A DNA stretch of 64,000 bases from a virus (IMGVR_UViG_3300032233_002382:192001-256000), one strand, 5' to 3'; shown: positions 20,201 to 29,928, counted from the first letter of the stretch. Numbers and translations: made by a program. The notes: generated from the sequence alone by a model not told the origin.

Positions 20201-20657
20201 TCTGGAGTTTTTTCTCTTGATCACTTCTTTTCTTTAGTTCGCTACGAGATTTTGTGGTGCTTTTATTTAGATTCGATAAAGACGTGGATAAAGTCTTTGC
20301 ATTTTTCTTTAACTCACCCAGTTTGATCTGATCGCCGGTCGTTCCTACACCAGAAGCTGTTTTGGTAGCAATACGAGATTCCAATTCGGATATTTGCTTC
20401 GCGTTATCTTCAAGTTCGTCTACCACACGACCCATTTTCTTGACATCATCAGTCACAGCTTTTGATACGGCTCCACCAAGATTTTTTGTAGCCTCCTGCA
20501 TCTTGCGAACATTTTTCATCATGGCAGTGGTTGACATACCACTACCCATACTCATCTTGCCGACATTTGCGCCGATCTTCTGAAGATCCTTATAGAACTT
20601 AGATACTGATCGCTTATCTACTTCTACTGGTATTACTACTTTCGCTTTATTAGCCAT
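17277..20657 (-). CDS. tape measure protein (1126 aa)
   Basis: long Ala/Gly/Met/Lys-rich helical protein between chaperones and tube initiators; ends HVTINGG-type motif. Confidence 0.85.
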   Translation of the reverse strand: MANKAKVVIPVEVDKRSVSKFYKDLQKIGANVGKMSMGSGMSTTAMMKNVRKMQEATKNLGGAVSKAVTDDVKKMGRVVDELEDNAKQISELESRIATKTASGVGTTGDQIKLGELKKNAKTLSTSLSNLNKSTTKSRSELKKRSDQEKKLQTLTKSKIKNLREEASFSAGGKGADTVKGITGGISKALTTKGAGALGGVAQAAGGAGKLVAGAASSMGIGGMDKVIGMVTKFGPAMSMAAGAITSFVQILLAASDHMTELNKTLVSGTAFLNDMTGDSADYSNAIKGLRQASIDSAGALLQYGKTSKDTAGVINAYTRATTGSLIRTQATLSSMDGGIKEFSERAVVYGAALNMESTAVAEMMGKFRSEAGYAAKDTQRLMNDIVFTVSNAGMPVEKFMNIFNKVIPDVDLFENRIENLIGTMKFLSKSMSPKDVERFMMAFKNMFRGRSFQQKLQTTLIVGAGTTSKMVQEDMINKLSANSKHGARMVELLKKGESGRKEFVKSLNDLKASGEMDATQYGETLKIFENYVLAASGDATKIASSLEGVSQGTAFELMGKEIGAFVGGKLVGIKEHVAEQRGYSQEQIQAMKQYYSTMNASLQSWHDDLRTGSKEADAVLLKMVSNDKKLGAGYAAAAKEGPEALRKFLKENVKEAMVKAALMNTEALVDPMDDAKLMAKEQAKATMSISDKLSNVIAFLLEKIYGVFQPILDVLNDVFEWISDSKEGSIQHENLMNFTKAMEGAETGTSESTASEAKIRGQELHAAVARGYDTESLAEIMEKQIDFKASKSGYVIEAADAMASMMSRGISAKAGGGIYGTGGMASNAEAMEEYRQAFKTYLESGDIQGAVAEAKKAGVSEDIVKGALQEYAEKMGNLQASARVKMAAKVAGSSTRPEELITDQETKLHRKLAARSKAFNTLGDTRYEAGQDVLASLPAAQAAAGAAPSAPSAASSAAAAQTTAANTATAAEAQTMTAAAASATQASTEALAETAQDNQRKVPAPIKTAWHKIITESVREGVEDPLVRHAMLLAKSQSDPAFAATMAAGIGGGGTYGFSGFKDMTTSMATMRGAGVTNEKMLESLKSGARTYHVTINGGSISDPEQFADMFNKAIEKKAQAGEPTG

Positions 20658-21775
20658 CAGGTATCTCCGTCAACCGCTGGTGTCACCTGAGTGAAATTGT
20701 CTACCATATACTGACGCATACGTTTCACTCGGTCATTCATTTCAGATTCGTTAATAACAGATGAACCAAGCGGGCCGGTCGATATATAGCCAGTCTTACG
20801 CAGCAGCTCTGAGCGTTCTTTTTCGATTTCCAACGATCGTTGAACCATCTGTCTACGATGATTCTCGACGGCTATATCGTGGAAGTCCTTTTCATTGTTC
20901 AAGGCCGATGTTAGCTGCTTGGCAAGATCCTCGGCGGTCTCGGCTCTGAAACGACCGACGACTTCAGCGGTACGCCCGTCGGGTAAGCTAATTTGTTCGG
21001 TATACTTCTCTTCTCCGACCACGCGGTTAAGATAGTTCTTAAGTACCTTCATCTTAAGTTCTTCGCGCTCAGTGCGTTCTCGCTCTAACCTCGATCGGTC
21101 ACGGTCCTCAACACTTCTCATACCTTTGCCGACAAAGCATCCGCCAATGAATTTAGCATTAGCCCAGTCAGCTTCCACTTTTTCTTTATTATCCAGTATG
21201 TTGTTAAGTGCCACCCAAGCATTTTGGCATTGGTTTATACCAAGCTCATTCGTTCCAGGTATTCCGGAAATAGACTGATCATTGATCATTGATTGACGAA
21301 CTTGCAACCATTTATATCTAGATCGAGATTCGTAGGAATATGGCTCGACTAAAGGAAAAAGACGCATGGCCTTACTGTTCAGGGCAGATAGATTTTCAAT
21401 TATCTTATCAGTCAAGCTCGCAGGGAATTTAAGAAATGTCTTTATTAGTTTGTCGATATGCTTGGGTCTTTCAAATATAGCGTTACGCCCGTTTACGTAG
21501 AAGACACTATATGCAATAAAAGCGGCCTTAAACTCCGGAGAGTTGAGGAACTTAGGAGATTTCGGGGGCTTAAGAAAATTAATAAGACGGAGCTCTGACT
21601 GATTCAAAGTCTTGAAAATAAAATGCTGGTTTTGGATCGTAGCGGAAGATATTAAGAACCCAGTAAACAAATACTCCTCAAGCTCTTCCCACACGGTTTC
21701 ATCGGTGGAAAGAGCTGAGTCTGGGACGCGAATGTCAATTCGGCCCCCAATACCTTGCTCAGGGGGAGCTGACAT
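20657..21775 (-). CDS. tail assembly chaperone-like protein (372 aa)
   Basis: position between tube and TMP; F.FKTLN..E motif. Confidence 0.55.
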   Translation of the reverse strand: MSAPPEQGIGGRIDIRVPDSALSTDETVWEELEEYLFTGFLISSATIQNQHFIFKTLNQSELRLINFLKPPKSPKFLNSPEFKAAFIAYSVFYVNGRNAIFERPKHIDKLIKTFLKFPASLTDKIIENLSALNSKAMRLFPLVEPYSYESRSRYKWLQVRQSMINDQSISGIPGTNELGINQCQNAWVALNNILDNKEKVEADWANAKFIGGCFVGKGMRSVEDRDRSRLERERTEREELKMKVLKNYLNRVVGEEKYTEQISLPDGRTAEVVGRFRAETAEDLAKQLTSALNNEKDFHDIAVENHRRQMVQRSLEIEKERSELLRKTGYISTGPLGSSVINESEMNDRVKRMRQYMVDNFTQVTPAVDGDT

Positions 21776-21778
21776 TGA

Positions 21779-22570
21779 CTATCCTTTCGTCGGCATATAC
21801 CTTGGATTGAGGTTTGCTGCCGGGTTCAAGACAACCTGCGGATCAGGCTGGTTCGACCTCGGTTCAATTACATCATCTGAAGCAGTCGGCGCAGGCGGAA
21901 ATACTGCAGGTTTCACAGATTCAGGCGTTGGTTGAGGCGTCTGAGTAGCAGCGAATTTAGCAAAAGGATCAAATGCTACCTCAGTAACAGGAGCGGTTTT
22001 AGCAGGCTCGGAAATCGGGGGAGTCATAGAAGAAGCGCTGACTTCGGAAGCTTCGACTAGAGGAGGCTTTCCAAGCTGCTCGCGAAGATCCGCAACTCTC
22101 GCCTCAAGCTCCTTTAGTTCTTCGATGCTATCTTTAGCATTTTCGAAAGATATCTCTTTCAAATGCTCTTTTTGTAGCGATTCCATCAAGTCAGCAAGTA
22201 TCGAGAAGCTGTCGTCGATAAATTGAGCGCTCCAACCGGCTAACTTAGAGTGTAAATATTTGTCCAAGGTAAGTTTAGTAGGCTTACCATCCTTACCAAC
22301 ACCCGGTAAGCAAGGGCCTGCATCTCTGTACTCTCTTAAATCGAGATCATTGATGCCGACAATACTATTGGCAAGCGTCATCCTCTTAGTTTCGTGAACT
22401 AAGGCTGTACCGATTTCGTCAGCGTTTGATAGTATTTCGGTGACTCGCTCCTGTCCCATCAGGGTAATAGGAGAAAGCCAGAGCGTCGTGCTACCAATTT
22501 TGCGCTTCCAGATTACGTCGGTGCCGACTTTGTTAATGTTTCTTTCTAATTCTGCGATAAAGTCATCCAT
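21779..22570 (-). CDS. tail assembly chaperone-like protein; likely ATG start 22570
   Basis: position after tube; coiled coil plus Pro-rich tail; leaderless promoter pattern upstream. Confidence 0.55.
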   Translation of the reverse strand: MDDFIAELERNINKVGTDVIWKRKIGSTTLWLSPITLMGQERVTEILSNADEIGTALVHETKRMTLANSIVGINDLDLREYRDAGPCLPGVGKDGKPTKLTLDKYLHSKLAGWSAQFIDDSFSILADLMESLQKEHLKEISFENAKDSIEELKELEARVADLREQLGKPPLVEASEVSASSMTPPISEPAKTAPVTEVAFDPFAKFAATQTPQPTPESVKPAVFPPAPTASDDVIEPRSNQPDPQVVLNPAANLNPRYMPTKG

Positions 22571-22590
22571 ATTCCACAGTACCAAATACG

Positions 22591-22627
22591 AATCGACCCC
22601 AGGAATCTAAGATTCCTGGGGTCGATT
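22591..22627. terminator. 18-bp perfect inverted repeat after tail tube gene
   Basis: AATCGACCCCAGGAATCT-A-AGATTCCTGGGGTCGATT. Confidence 0.75.
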
Positions 22628-22643
22628 GTCATACCGATCTTAA

Positions 22644-23333
22644 TTAACCAGCGGTGGGACCACGGGCGAAGAGTAAGGAGCCTGAACCAGCCGGATCATA
22701 CGGGTTGTTGCCGGAGTTCAGTAGATCGCCGTAGTGGGTCGGGTCGAGCTGGTAGTTAGAACCGTCGGTGACATCGGTCGCCATCGCGGCGGCATCTTCC
22801 ATAACGATCGCCGAATCGCTCGGGAATGAAACGCTATAGCTGTTTAACCAACAGCCTAAGAACACAGTGATGATTGCACGGTTCGTCTGGCTGTAGGTAT
22901 CGAGGGGCAGTGTGACACCAGCACCGATTTGGTTCGCGTCAGCCTGCGTAACCAGCTCTGAAAAGACAAGCTCGGATTGAATGTCGAACGGCCACTTGTG
23001 CTGCCGGAGCGACCGGACGATACCGTCGACACCACCCTTATAGCCTAACTCTTGAACAATGCCAGCGGTGTATAAAAGAGTACGGTTCAGCGTTAAAGAC
23101 ATTGGCTCCGTTACGCCGGGCACCAACTCAGCGATCTTATCACCGAAGCCGACGCCGCGTACGGGATCCAGGCCGCGAGACTCGCTATAGTCGAAAGTCG
23201 ACAAAACGCCGACCTGCTTGAAAGAGGTCGAGCCAGCGGGCTTAGATAATACGCGATTCTTCTGCGAAATCGCAACTCGCGTATTAGGGCTAGAACCAAC
23301 TGTGTATATGTAAGTATCTGAGTTTCTGGCCAT
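22644..23333 (-). CDS. tail tube protein (229 aa)
   Basis: VGVLSTFD.SESR...VRGVGFGD.IAELVPG...LTLNR..LY pattern; F.GCWL.SYS; GAGG SD; C/G-ending codon bias like sheath. Confidence 0.8.
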   Translation of the reverse strand: MARNSDTYIYTVGSSPNTRVAISQKNRVLSKPAGSTSFKQVGVLSTFDYSESRGLDPVRGVGFGDKIAELVPGVTEPMSLTLNRTLLYTAGIVQELGYKGGVDGIVRSLRQHKWPFDIQSELVFSELVTQADANQIGAGVTLPLDTYSQTNRAIITVFLGCWLNSYSVSFPSDSAIVMEDAAAMATDVTDGSNYQLDPTHYGDLLNSGNNPYDPAGSGSLLFARGPTAG

Positions 23334-23379
23334 TTTGCCACCTCTTCTAAAACTTCAGAATAAAAGACGAATAAACGCG

Positions 23380-23769
23380 CTATGACCTAGAGATCCTGCG
23401 CGCTATCTTAACAAAAGACGCTTGCTTGAATTGCACATCGACTTCTGCCGGTTCGATTTCATCTTCCACAACAGGTTTCATGGCAACGCTATCTTTAAGC
23501 AGAGCGTCTTGAGCCCACTGTGTACCAAGCAGGGATTCATCTTTTAAGGGAACATTGCGAGAAATATAGAATACATTACAAATTCTTTTCTTACCATCTA
23601 CAATAATCTCAAAGACTCCCGGACGAAGTTTGGACATCAAAGCTACTTCGTCCGGGACAATCTCTGTTTGCCAATTCTTTCCAGGGTACTTCACGAACGC
23701 AGCCACTCCGGGGACCAATTTGACTCCAGTTACGTACTGGGAATCTTTTTGGGTCGGAATGTGCGCCAT
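23380..23769 (-). CDS. hypothetical protein (129 aa)
   Basis: ORF coupled to upstream gene; ends KQASFVKIARRISRS. Confidence 0.6.
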   Translation of the reverse strand: MAHIPTQKDSQYVTGVKLVPGVAAFVKYPGKNWQTEIVPDEVALMSKLRPGVFEIIVDGKKRICNVFYISRNVPLKDESLLGTQWAQDALLKDSVAMKPVVEDEIEPAEVDVQFKQASFVKIARRISRS

Positions 23770-24239
23770 TACTCTTGCTCTGCCTTAGAGTGATGACCCT
23801 TACCGCGAGCAGAGAAGTTATAAGTGTCGGGATCGTTAAGCTTACCGCCACTGTAGAGCTTGTGGACAGCAGATTCGATCTCCTCGAGCGAATGGGCAGA
23901 AAGCTCATCGGCCGTGTCGCATAGAGAGAAGATACCGGCGACCTTCGTCACAAGTCTAGCGATCTGAGGCCGTAAGGAAGCATAGCGCTCCTGATTCGCG
24001 ATATCGACCGCCTTATTCAGACCGGCCATAATGCTCATCACGCGAGCATAGTTCTTGGCCGGGACGGCGGCAGCCTGGTGCAACCGGGCGATTTCCTTCT
24101 TGACTCCGGAAAGGTCTACATCGCTGGAGGACACTCGAGTCATCGACTCAATGTCTGACACGACTGAAGCGACCTTCGGGTCGAGAGGGTTTAGCTTCGA
24201 AAGGGTGCCGATCGCGGCGGCTAATCTACGGGTATTCAT
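23769..24239 (-). CDS. putative abundant virion/internal protein; likely start 24239
   Basis: GGAG SD before ATG-AAT-ACC; codon bias similar to tube and sheath. Confidence 0.55.
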   Translation of the reverse strand: MNTRRLAAAIGTLSKLNPLDPKVASVVSDIESMTRVSSSDVDLSGVKKEIARLHQAAAVPAKNYARVMSIMAGLNKAVDIANQERYASLRPQIARLVTKVAGIFSLCDTADELSAHSLEEIESAVHKLYSGGKLNDPDTYNFSARGKGHHSKAEQE

Positions 24240-24286
24240 AAAGCTCTCCATGGTTATGACCTTCATGTGGACCGACTATGAAGATC

Positions 24287-24589
24287 TTATTGATCGGACC
24301 TAGACTGTCTAATATATCCTATAGTATTCAGACGACGTGTGATTCGAGACTCTCCTTCAGTCTTCATGAAATTGGAGAATCTAGTCGCACCGTCGATGAA
24401 GGCTTCCTCAGGATATAGTACGCCCTCCGAGTCGTTCGTATTCATTAAAACTAACGACTCCTGGGGTCCTTCCTGCACTTTATGGTCGATCTTCATAACC
24501 AGACTATAACCGAGAGGATTAAGTATCTGTCGATTTATCTCGAAAAGTAGGCCAGATTCCTGGAGCTTCTTTAAAGGCACATGATTCAT
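24287..24589 (-). CDS. hypothetical phage protein (100 aa, GLLFEINRQILNPLG)
   Basis: ORF with GTATAGT-N5-ATG leaderless start. Confidence 0.6.
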   Translation of the reverse strand: MNHVPLKKLQESGLLFEINRQILNPLGYSLVMKIDHKVQEGPQESLVLMNTNDSEGVLYPEEAFIDGATRFSNFMKTEGESRITRRLNTIGYIRQSRSDQ

Positions 24590-24601
24590 ATGGTACTATA
24601 C

Positions 24602-25807
24602 TCAGTACTGGTCTTTGACTACTTCTAGTACGCTATTCGCCAGATTTGTTATTTCCTCTACAGTTTCTTTTCCAAGTCTTCTCTTATAGCGTTTTAGAGT
24701 CGATAAAAGCTCATCATGTGCATCTGCATATGCCGTCACGGAGTCATCCCAGTCGGAAGTATCTTCATTCCGAACCAATGCGGCAATTGAATTGTTATAT
24801 TCTTTTATGGTTTCATCAAGGACAGAACGAATCTTAGTTACGAAATCTTCCGGATCGACATACTTCCCGGCAAGTTTACGGTCTAGATTTTGGAAATTTT
24901 TCCGAAGAACAGTCTCCGAAGGCTTACTACCATCCTTGTAAGCCTTGATGCTATCATTATAGTCTGAAACCACTTCCTTTAGTGGCGATCCGTCGAATTC
25001 ATCATCGTCTTCTTTAGCGTCTTCGCCTTGATCATTTTCAGAATCGCCCCAATCGAAATCGTCAGATTCTATGGATTCCACAATAGCTTTAGTAAATTTT
25101 TCCGGTTTATCGAACACGCTTGAGTCGAGGTTTAGTTCTGCGAATTCCTTCATGGCGGTTTCGGCATGCGTATCTTCTATAGTATCAGCTTTATCAATTA
25201 GTTCCTTTATGTAGCGCTGTATCTCAGGCATTTTGCCTGATAAGGCAGTGTTAAAATTTTTCTTCTTTGCGACGTTTTTCTCTCCTAGGTTAGTATTAGA
25301 AAGCGCCTTGATCGCCGCGTCTGGGTCCATATTTTCTGGATCCGTCCTCATCAATGAGTTCACTCGATCATAGTCAAGGGCTTCAAATACTCCAGGATTA
25401 TCTTTAATATACTTAATTATAATCTTGGCTAATTCGCCGCTACCATCTTGATCAAGCCCATCCTTGATATATTCTGAAGGTCTTTGGAGTTTTTGATTCA
25501 AAGTATTCCAAGCTTTTTCGGCGTTTTTAAGCTGTTTCTTGTACGAATCAATGCGAGCCCGCTTATTTAACCATTCCTGGAATGCTTGCTCTTTATCGCG
25601 ATACCACTCCTTTGCACCACCAGTCAGGTCCTTTTTAAACGCTTTCCCAAGTTTATCTTTTAAACCACCCCAATCAATTGCTTGCTTTTCAATAGATCCG
25701 ATTATAAATTGCAAATCGGAAGCGACAGCATGCCGGGATGGTGCGTCAGAACCATCAATATAATTCGCGAGACGAATACATACCTGGGCAGTATTGATAG
25801 GATCCAT
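24602..25807 (-). CDS. paralog family member 1, putative internal head protein
   Basis: shared N-terminal leader with 26198..27193 and 27197..28363; highly charged. Confidence 0.6.
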   Translation of the reverse strand: MDPINTAQVCIRLANYIDGSDAPSRHAVASDLQFIIGSIEKQAIDWGGLKDKLGKAFKKDLTGGAKEWYRDKEQAFQEWLNKRARIDSYKKQLKNAEKAWNTLNQKLQRPSEYIKDGLDQDGSGELAKIIIKYIKDNPGVFEALDYDRVNSLMRTDPENMDPDAAIKALSNTNLGEKNVAKKKNFNTALSGKMPEIQRYIKELIDKADTIEDTHAETAMKEFAELNLDSSVFDKPEKFTKAIVESIESDDFDWGDSENDQGEDAKEDDDEFDGSPLKEVVSDYNDSIKAYKDGSKPSETVLRKNFQNLDRKLAGKYVDPEDFVTKIRSVLDETIKEYNNSIAALVRNEDTSDWDDSVTAYADAHDELLSTLKRYKRRLGKETVEEITNLANSVLEVVKDQY

Positions 25808-25868
25808 ACATATCCTGATATATTCAAAATTTAGAACGGAAATTCTTCTGCGTGTACTTTAACCAAAT

Positions 25869-26201
25869 ATGGATAATATAATTAGACCTTACCGATATTT
25901 CATTCAAAAGGGCGAAGCATACTGCCCGAAATGTGGTAAGGGACTCGGAGAGGAGCGTCGGCTCGAGCGAACAGTATGTCACGGGGGTTGGTTTAGAAAA
26001 TGCCCCAAAGATGAACATTTCCACCACAAATGCCGACATTGTAGTGGTCAATGGCTAGAAAGCACCATGGAGATGCACGAGAGGGAAGTGAAATTTACCA
26101 TAAAGAATATGGTCGAAATAGCTATGAAAAGCTCCATGACATCTGAAGAAATCAAGAATTATATCGACGAACTGGTAGTGAAGTCGGTCATGGAAAGTTA
26201 G
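25869..26201 (+). CDS. small zinc-finger protein (CPKC...HHKCRHC)
   Basis: Cys/His pairs; CGGAAATTC motif upstream. Confidence 0.6.
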   Translation: MDNIIRPYRYFIQKGEAYCPKCGKGLGEERRLERTVCHGGWFRKCPKDEHFHHKCRHCSGQWLESTMEMHEREVKFTIKNMVEIAMKSSMTSEEIKNYIDELVVKSVMES

Positions 26202-27193
26202 TTATAAGTTCGCTTCTTTAAGCGTACGTAGTCAGGTACGGAGATAAAGAAATCTCCTTTCTTATTGTATCCATAATCTACGTCCATATACCGAAGCACT
26301 TCCACAACCTCATCATCGGGTTTCTTCTTTAATTTCACCCATTCATCTTTATCATCTGGATACGGCGGATTAGCGTTTACATCTAGATATTCTTTAAGAA
26401 TTTCGTCGCGACTCTTCCCCGTTGGTTCTTCATAGTCTTCTTCTGATTCATACCGATCTTCAGTCGGTTCCGGACGCTCGGATCGGTCACTGCGATCGGA
26501 CTCGGAACCACTACCCTCCTGAGGCTCCGGCTCATCGCGGTGCGGAGCCATCTTAGATTCCTCGACGTCTGGCTCCTTATCCAGGCTTTCTAGCTGCTCC
26601 TTGGCATTTTCATACTTATAATAATTTGATTCTAATGCTCTATTGACAGCCTGGTAGTAGTTTTTAATCGTAATGAGTATGCTCTTTAATTCCTTTAGGA
26701 TTTTATCTTTCGTATATTTGTTTTTCTTGTCGGAGATATGAACTACCCATTTCTTCCATCCTGCTTTAAAATCGGCGTCCGATTGCCAGTCTTCCATCTT
26801 ACTTAACAATCCCTTAAGCGGATACAGCCTTTTATAATTTAATTTGGTATTTGCATACAACATAGGTAGGATCTTGAACTGCTCAGCAGGAATATCACCG
26901 AGTTTGTCCCCCTTACCCTCAAGGAACTTCCCCTTAACTAACCAATCAAACAGTTTTTTGAGCTGACCGGGTTGTTTGTTAAGATACTCATATTCACGCT
27001 TCAGCTCGTTTAAGCGTTTCTTTAAACTCTCACGAGAGTCCTCATCGGAAGCATGCTTACGGACCGACCCTGATTCAATACCCTTTATGAGCGATATTAA
27101 CTCGGCAGATACCTTCACACGACTTGGACGATCAGAGCTATCTATGATATTCGCAAGATGTAAGCAATAGCTGGAAACCTGATCAGGCGTCAT
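26198..27193 (-). CDS. paralog family member 2, putative internal head protein
   Basis: shared leader; KAGWKKW motif shared with member 3. Confidence 0.6.
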   Translation of the reverse strand: MTPDQVSSYCLHLANIIDSSDRPSRVKVSAELISLIKGIESGSVRKHASDEDSRESLKKRLNELKREYEYLNKQPGQLKKLFDWLVKGKFLEGKGDKLGDIPAEQFKILPMLYANTKLNYKRLYPLKGLLSKMEDWQSDADFKAGWKKWVVHISDKKNKYTKDKILKELKSILITIKNYYQAVNRALESNYYKYENAKEQLESLDKEPDVEESKMAPHRDEPEPQEGSGSESDRSDRSERPEPTEDRYESEEDYEEPTGKSRDEILKEYLDVNANPPYPDDKDEWVKLKKKPDDEVVEVLRYMDVDYGYNKKGDFFISVPDYVRLKKRTYN

Positions 27194-27196
27194 AAT

Positions 27197-28363
27197 TTAG
27201 CCTCTGAGTGTGATAAAACGGCGAGTAAGTCTTCGCTTGCTCGCCCTCTTACCTATATATTTTCCACTCTTATCATACGATTTGGACCACTCCATTTCCT
27301 GCCGAGCCATATCGAAACGCACCCTGAGTCGTCTTATATCGTCGACCCGGAACACATAGTACCGCTGACCATCTATATATTTTAACTTAAATGGACGTCT
27401 GAGATCGTTCATAAATCTGAGGAAATCGTCATCAACATACTCGGCTACATATCTTATTGTCTGGTTATCGCTGCTAATCGCACCAGGCGGATTCTTATCG
27501 GGGTTGAAGAAATCGTTTAATATCGCGAATTGCTTCTTCGTGAATTGCTTAGACGATTCTGAATCTCCGTCATCCCGAGGCTTCTTGGACGGTTTTTGAT
27601 CATATGAATCATCGGGCTTAGAGCGTTCTTGTAATTCAGACTTTTCTTTATTATCCTGGCCAGACGGTTTTTTATTCGTAGGCTCAGGTTCGTCACCTGG
27701 GAATGGTTTTAACTTCGTCTTTTGATCCTTAGTATCCTTTTTCTTTTTTAGCTTCACTCCCTGCGATTTAAGCATTTCTTCCGCTGCCGCCATGTTGTCC
27801 TGGACAAATTCCTCATATAAATCGATAGTGCGGAGTATTGCACTAAACTCCCGCTTAAAGGCTTTGTCTATTGGTTTATTGCCCTCAAAATAATGATTAC
27901 TATCGACATAGTCACACCACTTCTTCCATCCTGCCTTCATCTTTGAGAAAGTATTCCATCTAAAAATATCTTGTAAAGGAGAACCCCAGGACAACGGAAA
28001 GCTTTTAGAGACCGGAGAATTCGAACTATATAGATATACTAGAAAGTTTGCCACATCATCCGGCATGTCACCGTAATCATCTACCCAAGTATAATCAGAG
28101 AGCCACTTCCTGGTCGTATCAACGAGATCGATACGTTTCTCGTACTTCTCGAGAAGATCAATCAGATGCTGCTGTTCGGGTGTAGGCTTACGTTTAAAAA
28201 GATCTCGGAAATTGAAAGCAAAATGGGTGGTCGGAGCCCCAGATTCGAGTAAATATATTATAGCGCGTATATCAGAAGAAATAGATATCCTACTCGGGGA
28301 TGCCGAACCGTCGATTTCATCGGCGATGTATTTTAGCAGTGACGAAACTTCACTTGGATGCAT
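27197..28363 (-). CDS. paralog family member 3, putative internal head protein
   Basis: shared leader; KAGWKKW and DEPEP motifs. Confidence 0.6.
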   Translation of the reverse strand: MHPSEVSSLLKYIADEIDGSASPSRISISSDIRAIIYLLESGAPTTHFAFNFRDLFKRKPTPEQQHLIDLLEKYEKRIDLVDTTRKWLSDYTWVDDYGDMPDDVANFLVYLYSSNSPVSKSFPLSWGSPLQDIFRWNTFSKMKAGWKKWCDYVDSNHYFEGNKPIDKAFKREFSAILRTIDLYEEFVQDNMAAAEEMLKSQGVKLKKKKDTKDQKTKLKPFPGDEPEPTNKKPSGQDNKEKSELQERSKPDDSYDQKPSKKPRDDGDSESSKQFTKKQFAILNDFFNPDKNPPGAISSDNQTIRYVAEYVDDDFLRFMNDLRRPFKLKYIDGQRYYVFRVDDIRRLRVRFDMARQEMEWSKSYDKSGKYIGKRASKRRLTRRFITLRG

Positions 28364-28413
28364 GATGTCCCCGGAAATTCCCCGAAACGAACGTAATCAC
28401 ATGGGGATAAGGC

Positions 28414-29331
28414 ATGAAAGCACTAGCGATATCGAATTTTCCCGTACATTTTAACGAGAGTAAAATTCGACCCGAATTCACAAGACGTGGATTCGATGAT
28501 GTGGAATTCATAAGCACCAGCAGAGTCCGGAGTCTTTCCAGAAAGTCTCTGGACGAACGAGACAGAGTCTTTCTATTCTGCGACATGCTGGGACACAGCG
28601 ACTACTACGCCATAAGAGACTACCTTAAAAAATCCGGAAAGAGGCTCGAATTACTTAACCGGAAGTCGTCGTCTTGGGAAATTGAATCAAAGGAGACAGT
28701 CTTGCCACCCGCCAAATCGGTAAATCCAGAGAGTCTTCCCTCATTAATAAGGGACTTCGACCTCTTAATGTCGAAGGGTACGACCGAGAGTGTTATTTTG
28801 AAGACTCTGTCAAAATACTGGACAGCGCGACCTCTTAACAATTTTGCCCAGTTGGTTAACTACGTTGAACGCTATAGACCAACGGTTGAGATTCCGGAAC
28901 TCAAACCGACTGATTTTGATAGAGCGATTAAAGAGGATCAATCGGCAGTAACTAAGGAAGAGCGCGACGAGCCAACTGAATTCCCGGTAGGAGAAGAAAA
29001 ATCATATCAAGAATTACTAGATATGACTAAATTTCTTGAAGAATATAATTCGGAATGCAACGGTAAGCTAAAAAGGGCCGAATCAGACCTGCTGGCGCTG
29101 AGAGCTGAAATCACCGAGTTACGCAAGCAAAATACTGAGCTTACAGGTGAAGTTCTTAAATCAAAACAAAGCTTGGGAATTGGTGGCACCACATCCTTGG
29201 TCGATCTACCGAATCTTGCTAATTCGAAGTCAGCTGCCGTTGCCATAAAGACTTTGGTCGAACTTCGCGTGCTTAGCCCCGAAGAAGGCCTTGAGAAGAT
29301 CATCAAAAGTATTCTTATGGTCGAAGTGTAA
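28414..29331 (+). CDS. protein with DUF2325-like N-terminal domain and coiled-coil C-terminus
   Basis: DRVFLFCDMLGH...YLKKSG pattern; heptad region; CGGAAATTC upstream. Confidence 0.45.
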   Translation: MKALAISNFPVHFNESKIRPEFTRRGFDDVEFISTSRVRSLSRKSLDERDRVFLFCDMLGHSDYYAIRDYLKKSGKRLELLNRKSSSWEIESKETVLPPAKSVNPESLPSLIRDFDLLMSKGTTESVILKTLSKYWTARPLNNFAQLVNYVERYRPTVEIPELKPTDFDRAIKEDQSAVTKEERDEPTEFPVGEEKSYQELLDMTKFLEEYNSECNGKLKRAESDLLALRAEITELRKQNTELTGEVLKSKQSLGIGGTTSLVDLPNLANSKSAAVAIKTLVELRVLSPEEGLEKIIKSILMVEV

Positions 29332-29337
29332 ACTAGT

Positions 29338-29877
29338 GTGGAGGGTATGAACATGATTAACAAGACATTAATAATCACGCACGTTAATTCCGAAACCAAC
29401 CATATCGTAGCTTTAGACGGAGAAGCAAAGACTGCTTACGGTCTTTACGTCGCCGACGCTAAGGACAGCGTTGGAAAGTCAATTACGATTCAAACCGCAA
29501 AGCCTAAATCAATTTCGGAATGCCCTAGCAAGTTCTATAACGCATACAGAATATCAGAAATGTTTGGTCCTTACGAATCTGAATGGAAGTATGCTGAGAT
29601 AGACGAGAACTCAGTGATATTCGTTGGAGAAGTACCCTTTCGGCAGATTCCGCTAAGTGTTCAAGAAAAGCGGGAGTTGCTGCTCGATAAAGTGCAGGTC
29701 GGATCAGTCTGGACGGATGGTAAGAAGCATTGGTGTGTTCGTGATAAATGCGTCGAGACCCTGGCTGGGAATAGCAAGCTCCGGATATGGATTACCGACC
29801 TGCTAGGCAAGCATGGTCAGGCAATTTATGCCACTAGCTTAATCGATAAATACACGATCGTGACATTTCAGCAGTAA
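29338..29877 (+). CDS. hypothetical protein (179 aa)
   Basis: GGAGGG SD; co-oriented with upstream gene; ends at hairpin. Confidence 0.6.
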   Translation: MEGMNMINKTLIITHVNSETNHIVALDGEAKTAYGLYVADAKDSVGKSITIQTAKPKSISECPSKFYNAYRISEMFGPYESEWKYAEIDENSVIFVGEVPFRQIPLSVQEKRELLLDKVQVGSVWTDGKKHWCVRDKCVETLAGNSKLRIWITDLLGKHGQAIYATSLIDKYTIVTFQQ

Positions 29878-29925
29878 ATACACATCGGCCCCCATCATTC
29901 AAATGATGGGGGCCGATGTGTATTT
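29876..29925. terminator. 24-bp perfect inverted repeat, bidirectional terminator between convergent genes
   Basis: AAATACACATCGGCCCCCATCATT-CA-AATGATGGGGGCCGATGTGTATTT. Confidence 0.85.
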
Positions 29926-29928
29926 GAA

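Noticed and set aside
20657-22585. Programmed G/GT-type frameshift between tail chaperones
   Set aside because: The two ORFs are separated by a stop and a fresh ATG; no convincing slippery heptamer was noticed near the first stop.
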